From NCBI GenBank assembly GCA_016215705.1, contig JACRIR010000130.1, forward strand, positions 1,456 through 65,455: a stretch of DNA of 64,000 nucleotides, in the 5' to 3' direction. Origin of the DNA: Candidatus Poribacteria bacterium. GTDB taxonomy: Bacteria; Abyssobacteria; SURF-5. The translations under genes and the position numbers were made by a program. Position 1 is the stretch's first letter, and each line of letters opens with the position of its first letter. The notes below the pieces were generated by a model. It had not been told where the DNA came from, ran no database searches, and saw nothing but the letters and a program-made list of their open reading frames with translations. Positions 36,754-45,676 of this stretch are shown here, in pieces.

Positions 36754-36797
36754 GCTTATTCGGGGACACCATGCGGCATGGCGTCCCCGAATAAGCG
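36754..36797. repeat. REP-1 palindromic repeat copy (consensus-length)
   Basis: GCTTATTCGGGGACACCATGCGGCATGGCGTCCCCGAATAAGCGGG. Confidence 0.8.
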
Positions 36798-36832
36798 GGC
36801 CGTTTCGCAGTAGAAGCGGAAGGAGGCTTTCC

Positions 36833-37195
36833 ATGCCACAAGACTATCAAACGAATTCAGAGGCAGCCGTAATTTTTATTCGCGCAGAGACTATCGGGCG
36901 CGGCGATGACGAGATGGGTCTGAACTTGATGATGAATTTCATCCACCACCTGAGCAAGGCCGAACCCGGGCCGGGCGCACTCATCGTAATGAACGCGGGC
37001 GTCAAACTCGTCATCGAAGGCTCTGAGGTACTGGATGATTTGCGCGAACTCGAAAGCAAGGGAACTCGAATTCTCGCCTGCGGGACTTGCCTGAATTTCT
37101 ATGACGTCAAAGAAAAGCAAAAAGTGGGAATCGCATCCAACATGGTTGAAATAACGAAGACACTGCTGGAAGCCAGGAAGGTTGTCACCATCTGA
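36833..37195 (+). CDS. DsrE/DsrF/YchN-like sulfur-relay family protein
   Basis: About 120 aa with ALIVMNAGVKLV and ACGTCLNFY motifs, reminiscent of the DsrE-like / YedF C-terminal fold. Assignment is tentative. Confidence 0.4.
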   Translation: MPQDYQTNSEAAVIFIRAETIGRGDDEMGLNLMMNFIHHLSKAEPGPGALIVMNAGVKLVIEGSEVLDDLRELESKGTRILACGTCLNFYDVKEKQKVGIASNMVEITKTLLEARKVVTI

Positions 37196-37324
37196 ATAGG
37201 CGAAAACGTTCCCTGTTCTTGGAATATGACAGCCGATGCTGTATACTTCGGGGACGGCGGCGGCCCAAAGGTGCGGCTAAGAAACCTGTGCGGTCTCATG
37301 CACGGAAGAAACAGAAGAAATATT

Positions 37325-38569
37325 ATGAACGACCAATACAAAATGCCTGAAAACTGGGGTTATCTGAGCCAGATCAGTCTTAATTATCTCGGCTGGTTCT
37401 TTTGCTGGACTGTCGCCACGTCATACATGATGCCCAACGCGCTGTTGAGGATGGTTGATGATTCCATTAAGAACACCCGCCTCGGGCTGATGGCCGGCGC
37501 CGCAAACGTGTTGTTGCTCATTTTGCTCCCGCTCGTCGGAACTTTGAGTGATAGATCGCGATGGCGAATCGGACGTCGCCGTCCGTTTTATCTGCTGGCC
37601 GCCCTGAGTATGGTATTGCTTGCCTCGCTGGTTGTCCGATGTCGATATTATCCGATGCTGCTCACGCTGTTAGTCGCGATGCACGCGGCGGAAGCCTGCT
37701 GGTTCACCAATTATGCTTTGCTGAGGGATGTTGTCCCCCTAAGTCGCCGCGGGCGCATATCCGGATTGACCAATGTCACGGGCACGCTCGGCGTGATGTT
37801 CGGCCATATTCTGTCGCCGTGGTTCATCGGTAACGGACGAATGCTGGCTCTGGCGCTCATTGCCGGCGGCGCCAATCTCCTCTCGAATCTTTGGGTTGCA
37901 GTGAAAATCCGGGAGAAACCGCCGGTCGCCGCGCCGGTTCAGGCGATCAAGTCATGGAGAGAAATATATTTTCCGACACTCCGGAACTCGCGCAGTCTCA
38001 TTTGGCTGGCGGCGTCCAATCTCCTGACTCAGATGGGGGCGGTCGCAATGTTGTGTTTCCTCATGTATTTCATAAAAGACCAGATCGACTCCGCCCATTT
38101 CAATGAGACCTATCGCAATACCAACCTGCTCGGCACAGGCGCCGGCGTCTTCTCCGCGCTTACAGCGGGTTGGATCGCCGACCGCTTCGGCCGCAAACGA
38201 GTATTGGTCGTGGCCTGCCTTCTCCAGATTTGGTGCATGGCCAACTTTGTGCTCCTGCCGTGGGTTCATTCGACGCTTTACCTGAGCGGCTTCCTTTTCG
38301 GACTTGGCAATGCGGCATACTGGAGCATTTACTGGACGCTTCTTTCGGACCTGGTTCCTGAGGGGGAAACGAGCAAGTACATCGGATTGATTCAATACAC
38401 AAGTATGCTTCCGTGGGCCGTCGTGCCTGCCACACTCGGACCGATCGTAGACAACTTCGGGGCCGCTTCAGGACGCGGATACAGCATTCTGTTTTCCATT
38501 ATTATTGTTATATTGATCGGCGGGATGATTCTTGTTCGCGGGATTCCGGAAACACTGAAAAAAGCATAG
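37325..38569 (+). CDS. MFS-family transporter
   Basis: Multiple TM segments and GTLSDRSRWRIGRRRP (MFS loop 2-3 signature). Start taken at MNDQYK; the ORF track begins upstream at 37226. Confidence 0.75.
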   Translation: MNDQYKMPENWGYLSQISLNYLGWFFCWTVATSYMMPNALLRMVDDSIKNTRLGLMAGAANVLLLILLPLVGTLSDRSRWRIGRRRPFYLLAALSMVLLASLVVRCRYYPMLLTLLVAMHAAEACWFTNYALLRDVVPLSRRGRISGLTNVTGTLGVMFGHILSPWFIGNGRMLALALIAGGANLLSNLWVAVKIREKPPVAAPVQAIKSWREIYFPTLRNSRSLIWLAASNLLTQMGAVAMLCFLMYFIKDQIDSAHFNETYRNTNLLGTGAGVFSALTAGWIADRFGRKRVLVVACLLQIWCMANFVLLPWVHSTLYLSGFLFGLGNAAYWSIYWTLLSDLVPEGETSKYIGLIQYTSMLPWAVVPATLGPIVDNFGAASGRGYSILFSIIIVILIGGMILVRGIPETLKKA

Positions 38570-39014
38570 TCAGATCGGTCTGGAGCGGCACGTCCCTATA
38601 GTAAATGATTTCCCTTCTGGGTTGGGGTAAATTGTCGATATAGCCGCTTCTTCTGAATCCGAGCGCCTCGTGCATCTTTATTGAAATCTCGTTATCTTCC
38701 TCGGTCGAGCTGAACAGTTTCCCGTTCTTTGAATGAGCGGCCACTTTCTCGATCATCCTTCGAGCGATTCCTTTGCGCCTCAATTCCGCATGCACGGAGA
38801 GAAGAGATATGAACAAACATCCGATGAAATTAGTCTCGAAGGCTATGAATCCCACGACCCGGCCCTCATGCTCGGTTACATACATCCTCGTGTCTTCGAT
38901 TCTTTGTCGCAGAAATTCCGGCCACTTGCCCTTTCCGTAAAGAGCCTTGTTCAGGTTTATGCAAGGCTCCAAATCATTTGGTCTGGCGATTCTTATTTCC
39001 ATGACACGTATCAA
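38508..39014 (-). CDS. GNAT-family N-acetyltransferase
   Basis: Acetyl-CoA binding motif A-like region VHAELRRKGIARRMI and the GFR motif of the GNAT fold. The 3' end overlaps the convergent MFS gene by about 60 bp. Confidence 0.6.
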   Translation of the reverse strand: MIRVMEIRIARPNDLEPCINLNKALYGKGKWPEFLRQRIEDTRMYVTEHEGRVVGFIAFETNFIGCLFISLLSVHAELRRKGIARRMIEKVAAHSKNGKLFSSTEEDNEISIKMHEALGFRRSGYIDNLPQPRREIIYYRDVPLQTDLTMLFSVFPESREQESSRRSI

Positions 39015-39137
39015 TCAGGATCCAAGAGGCTGTTCCCTGGTTTTGGTTCGCACATTACAGGACGTCTCTCTAATTCCAAATAAGGTCGTCTTGCCAATCA
39101 ACGAGAGACAGCGGATTCTGCGGACAAAAAAATTCGT

Positions 39138-40529
39138 TCAGAATTTCTTGAACCTCTTCGGAATGATGCGTTGGGCCGCGTGAAGCATCTCGTCGCTCGA
39201 AATCTCGGCGGTGCGTCCGTTCTCGTATTGCTCCATGACCCACTTGTATAGCTGTTTCACACCCTCATCCCGTTTGTCGAGTCGCTTGTCACCTCTCAGA
39301 TCCAGCATCGAGTTGACCCAGAACGCAATGCCTGCGAGGCCGCTCTTGTCATTGATGGCGACGACCAGCGGTCTGTGCAGAAACTTCTCCGTGTTGAAGA
39401 TGTTATAGATTTCCTCGTTCTTGAGCACGCCGTCGGCATGTATGCCCGCCTTTGTGGTATTAAACTCCGAGCCGATGAACGGAAAGTTCGGCGGAATATG
39501 GTGGCCGATCTCCGAGCGGAAATAGTGCGCTATTTCGGTTATGACGGGCGTGTGCATCCCGTCGAGCGTTCCCCTCAATCCCGCATATTCCAGCGCCAGT
39601 GCCTCGATCGGCGGGTTACCTGTGCGCTCACCGAGCCCGAGCAATGTGCCATTGGCAGCCGCGCAGCCATAGAGCCACGCAGTCGAAGCGTTAATGAGCA
39701 CCTTGTGGAAATCGTTGTGCCCGTGCCACTCGAGCCATTCGCTCGGCACGCCGCTGTAGTAAAGCATATTGTACATGATCTGCTGGATGCCGCGCGGAGT
39801 GGACGCGCCATCGTAGGGCACTCCGTATCCCATCGTGTCGCATATGCGGATTTTCACGGGCATGCCATACTGTTTGGAAAGTTTCATCAGTTCCTGCGCG
39901 AACGGTATGACGAAACCGAAGAAATCCGCCCGCGTCGCATCCTCGAAATGGCACCGGGGGATTATTCCCATATCGAGTGCCGCCTTTACGACGTCGAGAT
40001 ACTCCTGCAACGCCTGCTTTCGCGTTTTTTTCAGTTTCAGGAATATGTGATAGTCCGAGCATGAAGTGAGCATGCCGGTCTCTTTCAGCTCCATCTCCTT
40101 GACGAGTTCGAGGTCTTTGCGGTTGGCGCGAATCCAGCCCGTTATCTCCGGAAACTTGTACTCGAGTTCCTGACACGCCCTGACGGCTTCGCGATCCTTT
40201 TCCGAGTACAGGAAGAACTCTGTCTGCCGGATTTTTCCTTTAGGTCCGCCCAGGCGATGCAAGAACTTGTATAAATGCACTATCTGGTCCACCGTGTAAG
40301 GCGGGCGAGCCTGTTGGCCGTCGCGAAATGTCGTGTCCGTTATCCAGATTTCCTTGGGCATAGCGATGGGCACATGCCGGTGATTGAAAGGTATTTTCGG
40401 AATCTCTTCATAAGAGAATATTGTCCTGTGGAGATTCGGGGCGTCTACGTCCCTCAATTCGTACCGGTAATAGTCCTGTTCGAGTACGTAAGTTCTTTTC
40501 CCAAGTTTTAGTTTTCGTTTCTTCGGCAT
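39138..40529 (-). CDS. DRE-TIM metallolyase family synthase (homocitrate / isopropylmalate / Re-citrate synthase-like)
   Basis: ITDTTFRDGQQ, followed by HFEDATRAD, ICDTMGYGVP, HGHNDF. About 460 aa with no LeuA regulatory domain. Confidence 0.7.
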   Translation of the reverse strand: MPKKRKLKLGKRTYVLEQDYYRYELRDVDAPNLHRTIFSYEEIPKIPFNHRHVPIAMPKEIWITDTTFRDGQQARPPYTVDQIVHLYKFLHRLGGPKGKIRQTEFFLYSEKDREAVRACQELEYKFPEITGWIRANRKDLELVKEMELKETGMLTSCSDYHIFLKLKKTRKQALQEYLDVVKAALDMGIIPRCHFEDATRADFFGFVIPFAQELMKLSKQYGMPVKIRICDTMGYGVPYDGASTPRGIQQIMYNMLYYSGVPSEWLEWHGHNDFHKVLINASTAWLYGCAAANGTLLGLGERTGNPPIEALALEYAGLRGTLDGMHTPVITEIAHYFRSEIGHHIPPNFPFIGSEFNTTKAGIHADGVLKNEEIYNIFNTEKFLHRPLVVAINDKSGLAGIAFWVNSMLDLRGDKRLDKRDEGVKQLYKWVMEQYENGRTAEISSDEMLHAAQRIIPKRFKKF

Positions 40530-40926
40530 CAGAGTTTCTCCTTAACACTTCCCCCCCATGCGGGAGTGGAATACTCCATCTAGAGGCCCTCCCATGATTG
40601 GGCCTCGTCGAATAAACTCAAACCCTCCGGAGAATCGGCGCCAAAGACGGTACGTTCCATCCATCCGAACTTTGGATACGCCTAAACACTCTATTTAAGG
40701 GAGTAAATAGACCCTATTGCGCTCCAACTATAACACATTTTCTGGAAACATTCAAAAGGGACGAGGGAAAAGCTTAGAGCTAAGTTGTAGAAGCATGCTA
40801 ATGAATTCGCATGCTTTCGAGGCCGCCTCGGAAATGGGAATATGGAAGCTCAACACAAGATTTAGAATAATCCATCTTTTTGTCGAGAAAACCCACAATA
40901 TTTTGTGTTGTCGTACTCAGGATTCC

Positions 40927-40956
40927 TTGACAAGCTCTCAAACCGGATGGTATACT
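40927..40956 (+). promoter_or_regulatory. Strong sigma70-like promoter upstream of fliQ
   Basis: TTGACA-18-TATACT located about 125 nt upstream of the fliQ ATG, in an AT-rich 550-bp intergenic region. Confidence 0.5.
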
Positions 40957-41081
40957 TTAACAACAATTGCGATAATGGGTTTTGTGTCTCTTGAGGTCAG
41001 GGTGACATTGCAAAACGGATTCTCGCGCTCTCACACGAATGACAGGCAAACACAACACGTGAAAATGGCGGTGATTGAGGT

Positions 41082-41351
41082 ATGACTCCACAAGATGTAG
41101 TAGACATGGGACGTGACGCACTATTGATGACATTGCTGATTTCCGCGCCGCCACTCCTTGCAGGTCTTGCCGTCGGTTTAATCATTAGCATATTTCAGGC
41201 AGTTACCCAGATACAGGAGTTCACGCTCACATTTATCCCGAAAATTCTGGCTGTTTTCGTGGCAACTATGATATTCCTCCCGTGGATGCTACAGGTTTTT
41301 CTTGGATATACGACGAACCTTTTCTTACAGATACCGATGCTGGCGAAATGA
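41082..41351 (+). CDS. fliQ: Flagellar biosynthetic protein FliQ
   Basis: 89 aa with two TM helices; LLAGLAVGLIISIFQAVTQIQEFTLTFIPKI is canonical FliQ. Confidence 0.88.
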   Translation: MTPQDVVDMGRDALLMTLLISAPPLLAGLAVGLIISIFQAVTQIQEFTLTFIPKILAVFVATMIFLPWMLQVFLGYTTNLFLQIPMLAK

Positions 41352-41370
41352 ACAAGTTTTTCGGGATGAG

Positions 41371-42174
41371 GTGGCGGATCGCCGAGGGCATTGCGTGGAA
41401 AACCCGCTCTTATTCACCGCGCTGAAGTTTCAGGCGTTTCTTCTTATCTTTATGCGCGTGGGCGCGATGTTGTTTGTTGCGCCGGTGTTTGGCGGCGCGA
41501 CGGTTCCGACGCAGACGAGGATTCTTTTCTCGATGATTATTTCTCTGGTCTTGCTGCCGATAGTGAGATTCGAGAACGCGACATTGCCTCTCGACGTGCT
41601 GCCACTGGCTTTTCTGGCCATCAACGAATTGCTGGTGGGGCTGATACTTGGAGCATCGCTCGTTTTCGCGTTTGCCGCTATCCAGTATGCGGGTCAGATC
41701 GTTGATTTCCAGATGGGATTCAGCATCGTGAACCTGATAGACCCAACACAGGACGTGCAGATTCCGATCATGGGATTCTTCCACTTTCTCGTCGCGGTCC
41801 TGATCTTCCTGGCGATGGACGCGCATCACTGGATAATCCGCGCCCTCGTGGACAGTTTTGAAATCGTACCGCTCATGCAAGCGGGTTTCTCGGGACTGGT
41901 CGTAAAGGAGATTGCCAGAGGTTTCGGCGACTTGTTCGTGGTTGCCATGAGGATTGCGGCGCCCGCCATCGCAGTGCTGATGCTGTACAACGCTGCGCTC
42001 GGAATCATTGCCAAAACGGTGCCGCAGATTAACCTGCTGATTGTCGGCTTCCCGGCCCGTATAGCTCTTGGCATGATTGTGGTGGGTCTCTCGATGACAT
42101 TCTTTTATCCGTATCTGACACATGTCTTCGACATGATGATCGCGAATGCGTATTCGATAATGAAGCGGTTTTGA
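41371..42174 (+). CDS. fliR: Flagellar biosynthetic protein FliR
   Basis: FLLIFMRVGAMLFVAPVFG...LINELLVGLILG; polytopic. Start reassigned to an in-frame GTG at 41371 after the fliQ stop; the ORF-track start overlaps fliQ. Confidence 0.8.
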   Translation: MADRRGHCVENPLLFTALKFQAFLLIFMRVGAMLFVAPVFGGATVPTQTRILFSMIISLVLLPIVRFENATLPLDVLPLAFLAINELLVGLILGASLVFAFAAIQYAGQIVDFQMGFSIVNLIDPTQDVQIPIMGFFHFLVAVLIFLAMDAHHWIIRALVDSFEIVPLMQAGFSGLVVKEIARGFGDLFVVAMRIAAPAIAVLMLYNAALGIIAKTVPQINLLIVGFPARIALGMIVVGLSMTFFYPYLTHVFDMMIANAYSIMKRF

Positions 42175-42199
42175 GTGACCGACCCCGCCGCGCGGGGTC

Positions 42200-42245
42200 G
42201 CTTATTCGGGGACACGATGCCGCATCGTGTCCCCGAATAAGCGCG
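42200..42245. repeat. REP-1 palindromic repeat copy (GATGC centre variant)
   Basis: GCTTATTCGGGGACACGATGCCGCATCGTGTCCCCGAATAAGCGCG between fliR and flhB. Confidence 0.8.
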
Positions 42246-42280
42246 TCTTTGTCAAGCGCGCTTTTGTCAGGAGGTGATCG

Positions 42281-43396
42281 ATGCCCGAACCATACGGTGG
42301 CGAGAAGACGGAGCCTGCAACCCCGCGCCGGCGCGAGGAAGTGCGGAAGAAGGGACAAGTTGCGCGGAGCGTCGACCTGACTTCCTCCATCATGCTTCTG
42401 GCGTCGATGCTTGCGCTCTACTTTCTCACGCCCACCTTGATGCGCGAACTGATGGATGTGACTCGCTCATACCTGGCAAATGCCGCCACTACACGGGTCG
42501 ACGTCGATTCCGCGCCCGTACTCCTGATAGGAATGGCGCTGCAGGTGAGCGGTTTTTTCGTTCCCTTCATGCTCATAATTCTTTCCGCCGCTCTAGTGGC
42601 AAACATGGCGCAAGTCGGTTTCAGTCTTAGCGGTTATCCTCTGGTTCCCCGCATCGAGAAGATCAGTCCGGGCGCCGGCTTCAGGCGACTCTTTTCGGCC
42701 CGTTCGTTCGCCGAGCTCGTGAAGTCGATTTTCAAGATTGCCATAGTCGGCCTGATAGCATATTTCACTATCCGGCGCGAGTTCGACCGGCTGATGGGAT
42801 TGATGAACGTGGACGTGTGGGGCGCATGGGTCTTTTTCGGCAGGTTGTCTTTTACGCTCGGTATGAGGGTCGCGATCGCGTTTCTCGTGCTCGGGCTTGC
42901 CGATTACGGATTCCAGCGCTATCAGTTCGAGCAAGACATAAGGATGACGAAAGAGGAAGTTCGTCAAGAGATAAAGGACTTCGAGGGCGACCCGCAAATC
43001 CGTGCGCGCATCCGGCGCGTGCGCAGGCAGATGGCGATAAGCCGCATGATGGCGGAAGTGCCGCGTGCGCACGTCGTGGTGACCAACCCGACATCTCTCG
43101 CGGTTGCTCTTAAGTATGAGATGCGCGAAATGCCGGCGCCTGTGGTTGTTGCAAAAGGGGCGCGTTTGATGGCGGAACGCATTCGGGAGGTGGCAGCCTC
43201 CAATGGCGTGCCCATTGTCGAGAACGTGCCGCTTGCACAAATGCTTTTCAAATCGGTCGAGATAGGGTCGCCGATTCCGGAAAGACTCTACCGCGCGGTC
43301 GCAGAGGTGCTCGCATACGTTTATCAGATTGACACGCGGAGCCGACAACGGTGGGTGTCGCTCGGAGCATCGGCCGCGAGTGGCGCAGCAAAATGA
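42281..43396 (+). CDS. flhB: Flagellar biosynthetic protein FlhB
   Basis: N-terminal GEKTEPATPRRREEVRKKGQVARS and the autocleavage motif NPTSLAVAL (NPTH-like). Confidence 0.9.
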   Translation: MPEPYGGEKTEPATPRRREEVRKKGQVARSVDLTSSIMLLASMLALYFLTPTLMRELMDVTRSYLANAATTRVDVDSAPVLLIGMALQVSGFFVPFMLIILSAALVANMAQVGFSLSGYPLVPRIEKISPGAGFRRLFSARSFAELVKSIFKIAIVGLIAYFTIRREFDRLMGLMNVDVWGAWVFFGRLSFTLGMRVAIAFLVLGLADYGFQRYQFEQDIRMTKEEVRQEIKDFEGDPQIRARIRRVRRQMAISRMMAEVPRAHVVVTNPTSLAVALKYEMREMPAPVVVAKGARLMAERIREVAASNGVPIVENVPLAQMLFKSVEIGSPIPERLYRAVAEVLAYVYQIDTRSRQRWVSLGASAASGAAK

Positions 43397-43440
43397 CGAG
43401 AGCAAGGGGCGAGAGCCCGTGTCACAGTGCGCAAATGGGA

Positions 43441-43484
43441 GCTTATTCGGGGACACCATGCGGCATGGTGTCCCCGAATAAGCG
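43441..43484. repeat. REP-1 palindromic repeat copy (consensus)
   Basis: GCTTATTCGGGGACACCATGCGGCATGGTGTCCCCGAATAAGCG between flhB and flhA. Confidence 0.85.
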
Positions 43485-43576
43485 TGGCTTTCTTAGGCGC
43501 GGGACGCGTTCTCTGAAGGGTTGAATTCATTCGATCACGTTGAATTGCCGGACGGATTCGTTGAGGGTATTCTTAG

Positions 43577-45676
43577 ATGGCTCAAGCAACGGTAACGCCG
43601 AGATTACAGCGGATGGCTCGCAATCAGGACCTGATTGTCGCGGTCATCATCATCGGCATACTGTTCGTGATGCTCGTGCGAGTGCCTCCATGGATGCTCG
43701 ACTTGCTGCTCACCTTGAACATCTCCATCTCAGTTCTGATTATTCTCGTGACCATGTACGTTCGTGAGCCGCTCCAGTTCTCCGTCTTCCCATCCCTTCT
43801 GCTCATAACCACGCTGTTCCGCCTGTCGCTCAATGTTGCCTCGACAAGGCTTATCCTTCTTGAGGCGTACGCGGGCCAGGTCATACAGGCGTTTGGCACA
43901 TTCGTAGTGGGCGGCAATTACGTCGTCGGAATGATCATCTTCCTCATACTGGTCGTCATCCAATTCGTCGTAATAACGCGCGGCGCCGGCCGCATCTCGG
44001 AGGTCGCGGCCAGGTTCACGCTTGACGCAATGCCCGGCAAGCAGATGAGCATCGACGCGGACTTGAACGCCGGACTGGTTACCGAAGATCAGGCGCGTGC
44101 GCGCCGCCGCGGCATCGAAGACGAAGCCGATTTCTACGGCGCCATGGACGGCGCCACCAAGTTTATACGAGGTGACGCGATAGCCGGCTTAATCATCACG
44201 GTCATCAACATAGTCGGCGGCCTGATAATAGGCGTGCTCCAGCAGGGTTTCTCGCTGACTGAAGCGGCGCAAAGATACACCATCCTGACCGTTGGCGATG
44301 GTCTCGTTGCGCAAGTTCCCGCGCTTTTCATCTCGACTGCAGCCGGTATAATAATCACGCGTACGGTGTCGGAAACTAATCTCGGCGCCGACGTGACGCG
44401 GCAGATGCTCAGTTTCCCGAGGGCCGTCGCGATCTCGGCGCTGCTCCTCGTAGTGTTCGCGCTCGTTCCCGGGCTTCCGACGATTCCGTTCTTGATGATA
44501 GCCGCGGGCGCTGGTTTCGTGTGGTTTCAACTGAACCGGTCGCAGGCGCAAGCGAAAGTCACGGAGGAGCGCGAGCGGAAAACGCGAGAGGCCGCAACGC
44601 CGAAAGCGCCGGAAAGCGTCGAGGGCCTTCTCAAGATTGACGCGATGGAAATTGAGATAGGTTACGGGCTTATTCCGCTGGCCGACCCGAAGCAGGGCGG
44701 CGACCTGCTAAACAGAATTTCAGACATCCGTCGTCGCATGGCGCTCAAGATGGGCATCGTCGTTCCTCCGATACGCATTCGGGACAACATGGCGCTCAAG
44801 CCCAATGAGTACACCATCCGGATCAGGGGAAACGAGGTTGCGCGCGGCGAGCTTTTGACCGACCACCTGCTCATCATGAACCCCGGGAAGGTGATGGAGA
44901 AGATTCCGGGAATCGAAACGAGGGAGCCGACGTTCGGGCTCGAGGCCACGTGGATAACCGAGTCCCAGCGCGCGCGGGCTGAACAACTGGGCTACACCAT
45001 TGTTGATCCGCCGTCAGTGCTTGCCACGCATCTGACCGAGATAATCCAGGCGCGAGCGCATGAGCTTCTGGGGCGGCAAGAAGTGAACAATCTCATAGAA
45101 AACGTCAAGAAGACTGCTCCCGTGGTCGTGGAAGAATTGATACCCAACCTGATCACGATGGGCGATATTCAAAAGGTGTTGCGCAATCTTCTGAAGGAGA
45201 GGATTCCTGTTCGAAACCTCGAAGTGATACTGGAAACACTTGCCGACTACGCGCGCCGCACAAAGGACACAGCCGTTCTGACGGAATACGTCAGACAGGC
45301 GCTCGGGCGCACCATCTGCCAGGAGCACATGGACGAGAAGGGCCAGATATTTGCCGCCACTCTCGACCCGAGGCTCGAGCAGAAAATCACGGAGTCGCTG
45401 AGAGAATCGGACGCCGGCACGTATGTTGCCCTTGATCCGGTGACGGTTCAGAAAATAATAGCCGCCGCAACGGCGGAATCCAAACGCATGGTGAGCGAAG
45501 GTCGTCAGCCCATTGTTGTTTGTTCTCCCAGGGTGCGGCCCTATTTCAAACAGTTGGTGCAGGGCTCTCTTCCCGGGCTCGTTGTGCTGAGTTTTGCCGA
45601 GGTTGTGCAGGAGGCTAGGCTCCATGCCGAAAGGATGGTGAGCATCGAAAGTGGAACTGAAACGGTTTCGCGCTAA
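43577..45676 (+). CDS. flhA: Flagellar biosynthesis protein FlhA
   Basis: 699 aa with FHIPR-family motifs (GLVTEDQARARRRGIEDEADFYGAMDGATKFIRGDAIAG) and an N-terminal 8-TM domain. Confidence 0.92.
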   Translation: MAQATVTPRLQRMARNQDLIVAVIIIGILFVMLVRVPPWMLDLLLTLNISISVLIILVTMYVREPLQFSVFPSLLLITTLFRLSLNVASTRLILLEAYAGQVIQAFGTFVVGGNYVVGMIIFLILVVIQFVVITRGAGRISEVAARFTLDAMPGKQMSIDADLNAGLVTEDQARARRRGIEDEADFYGAMDGATKFIRGDAIAGLIITVINIVGGLIIGVLQQGFSLTEAAQRYTILTVGDGLVAQVPALFISTAAGIIITRTVSETNLGADVTRQMLSFPRAVAISALLLVVFALVPGLPTIPFLMIAAGAGFVWFQLNRSQAQAKVTEERERKTREAATPKAPESVEGLLKIDAMEIEIGYGLIPLADPKQGGDLLNRISDIRRRMALKMGIVVPPIRIRDNMALKPNEYTIRIRGNEVARGELLTDHLLIMNPGKVMEKIPGIETREPTFGLEATWITESQRARAEQLGYTIVDPPSVLATHLTEIIQARAHELLGRQEVNNLIENVKKTAPVVVEELIPNLITMGDIQKVLRNLLKERIPVRNLEVILETLADYARRTKDTAVLTEYVRQALGRTICQEHMDEKGQIFAATLDPRLEQKITESLRESDAGTYVALDPVTVQKIIAAATAESKRMVSEGRQPIVVCSPRVRPYFKQLVQGSLPGLVVLSFAEVVQEARLHAERMVSIESGTETVSR

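Noticed and set aside
40717-41085. 122-aa plus-strand ORF upstream of fliQ (checked as a possible fliP)
   Set aside because: It has no FliP motifs and no TM helices, it spans the predicted promoter, and it lies in AT-rich DNA; most likely non-coding.
41410-43459. Minus-strand ORFs of 237 aa and 288 aa
   Set aside because: Antisense to fliR and flhB; His/Arg-rich low-complexity translations.
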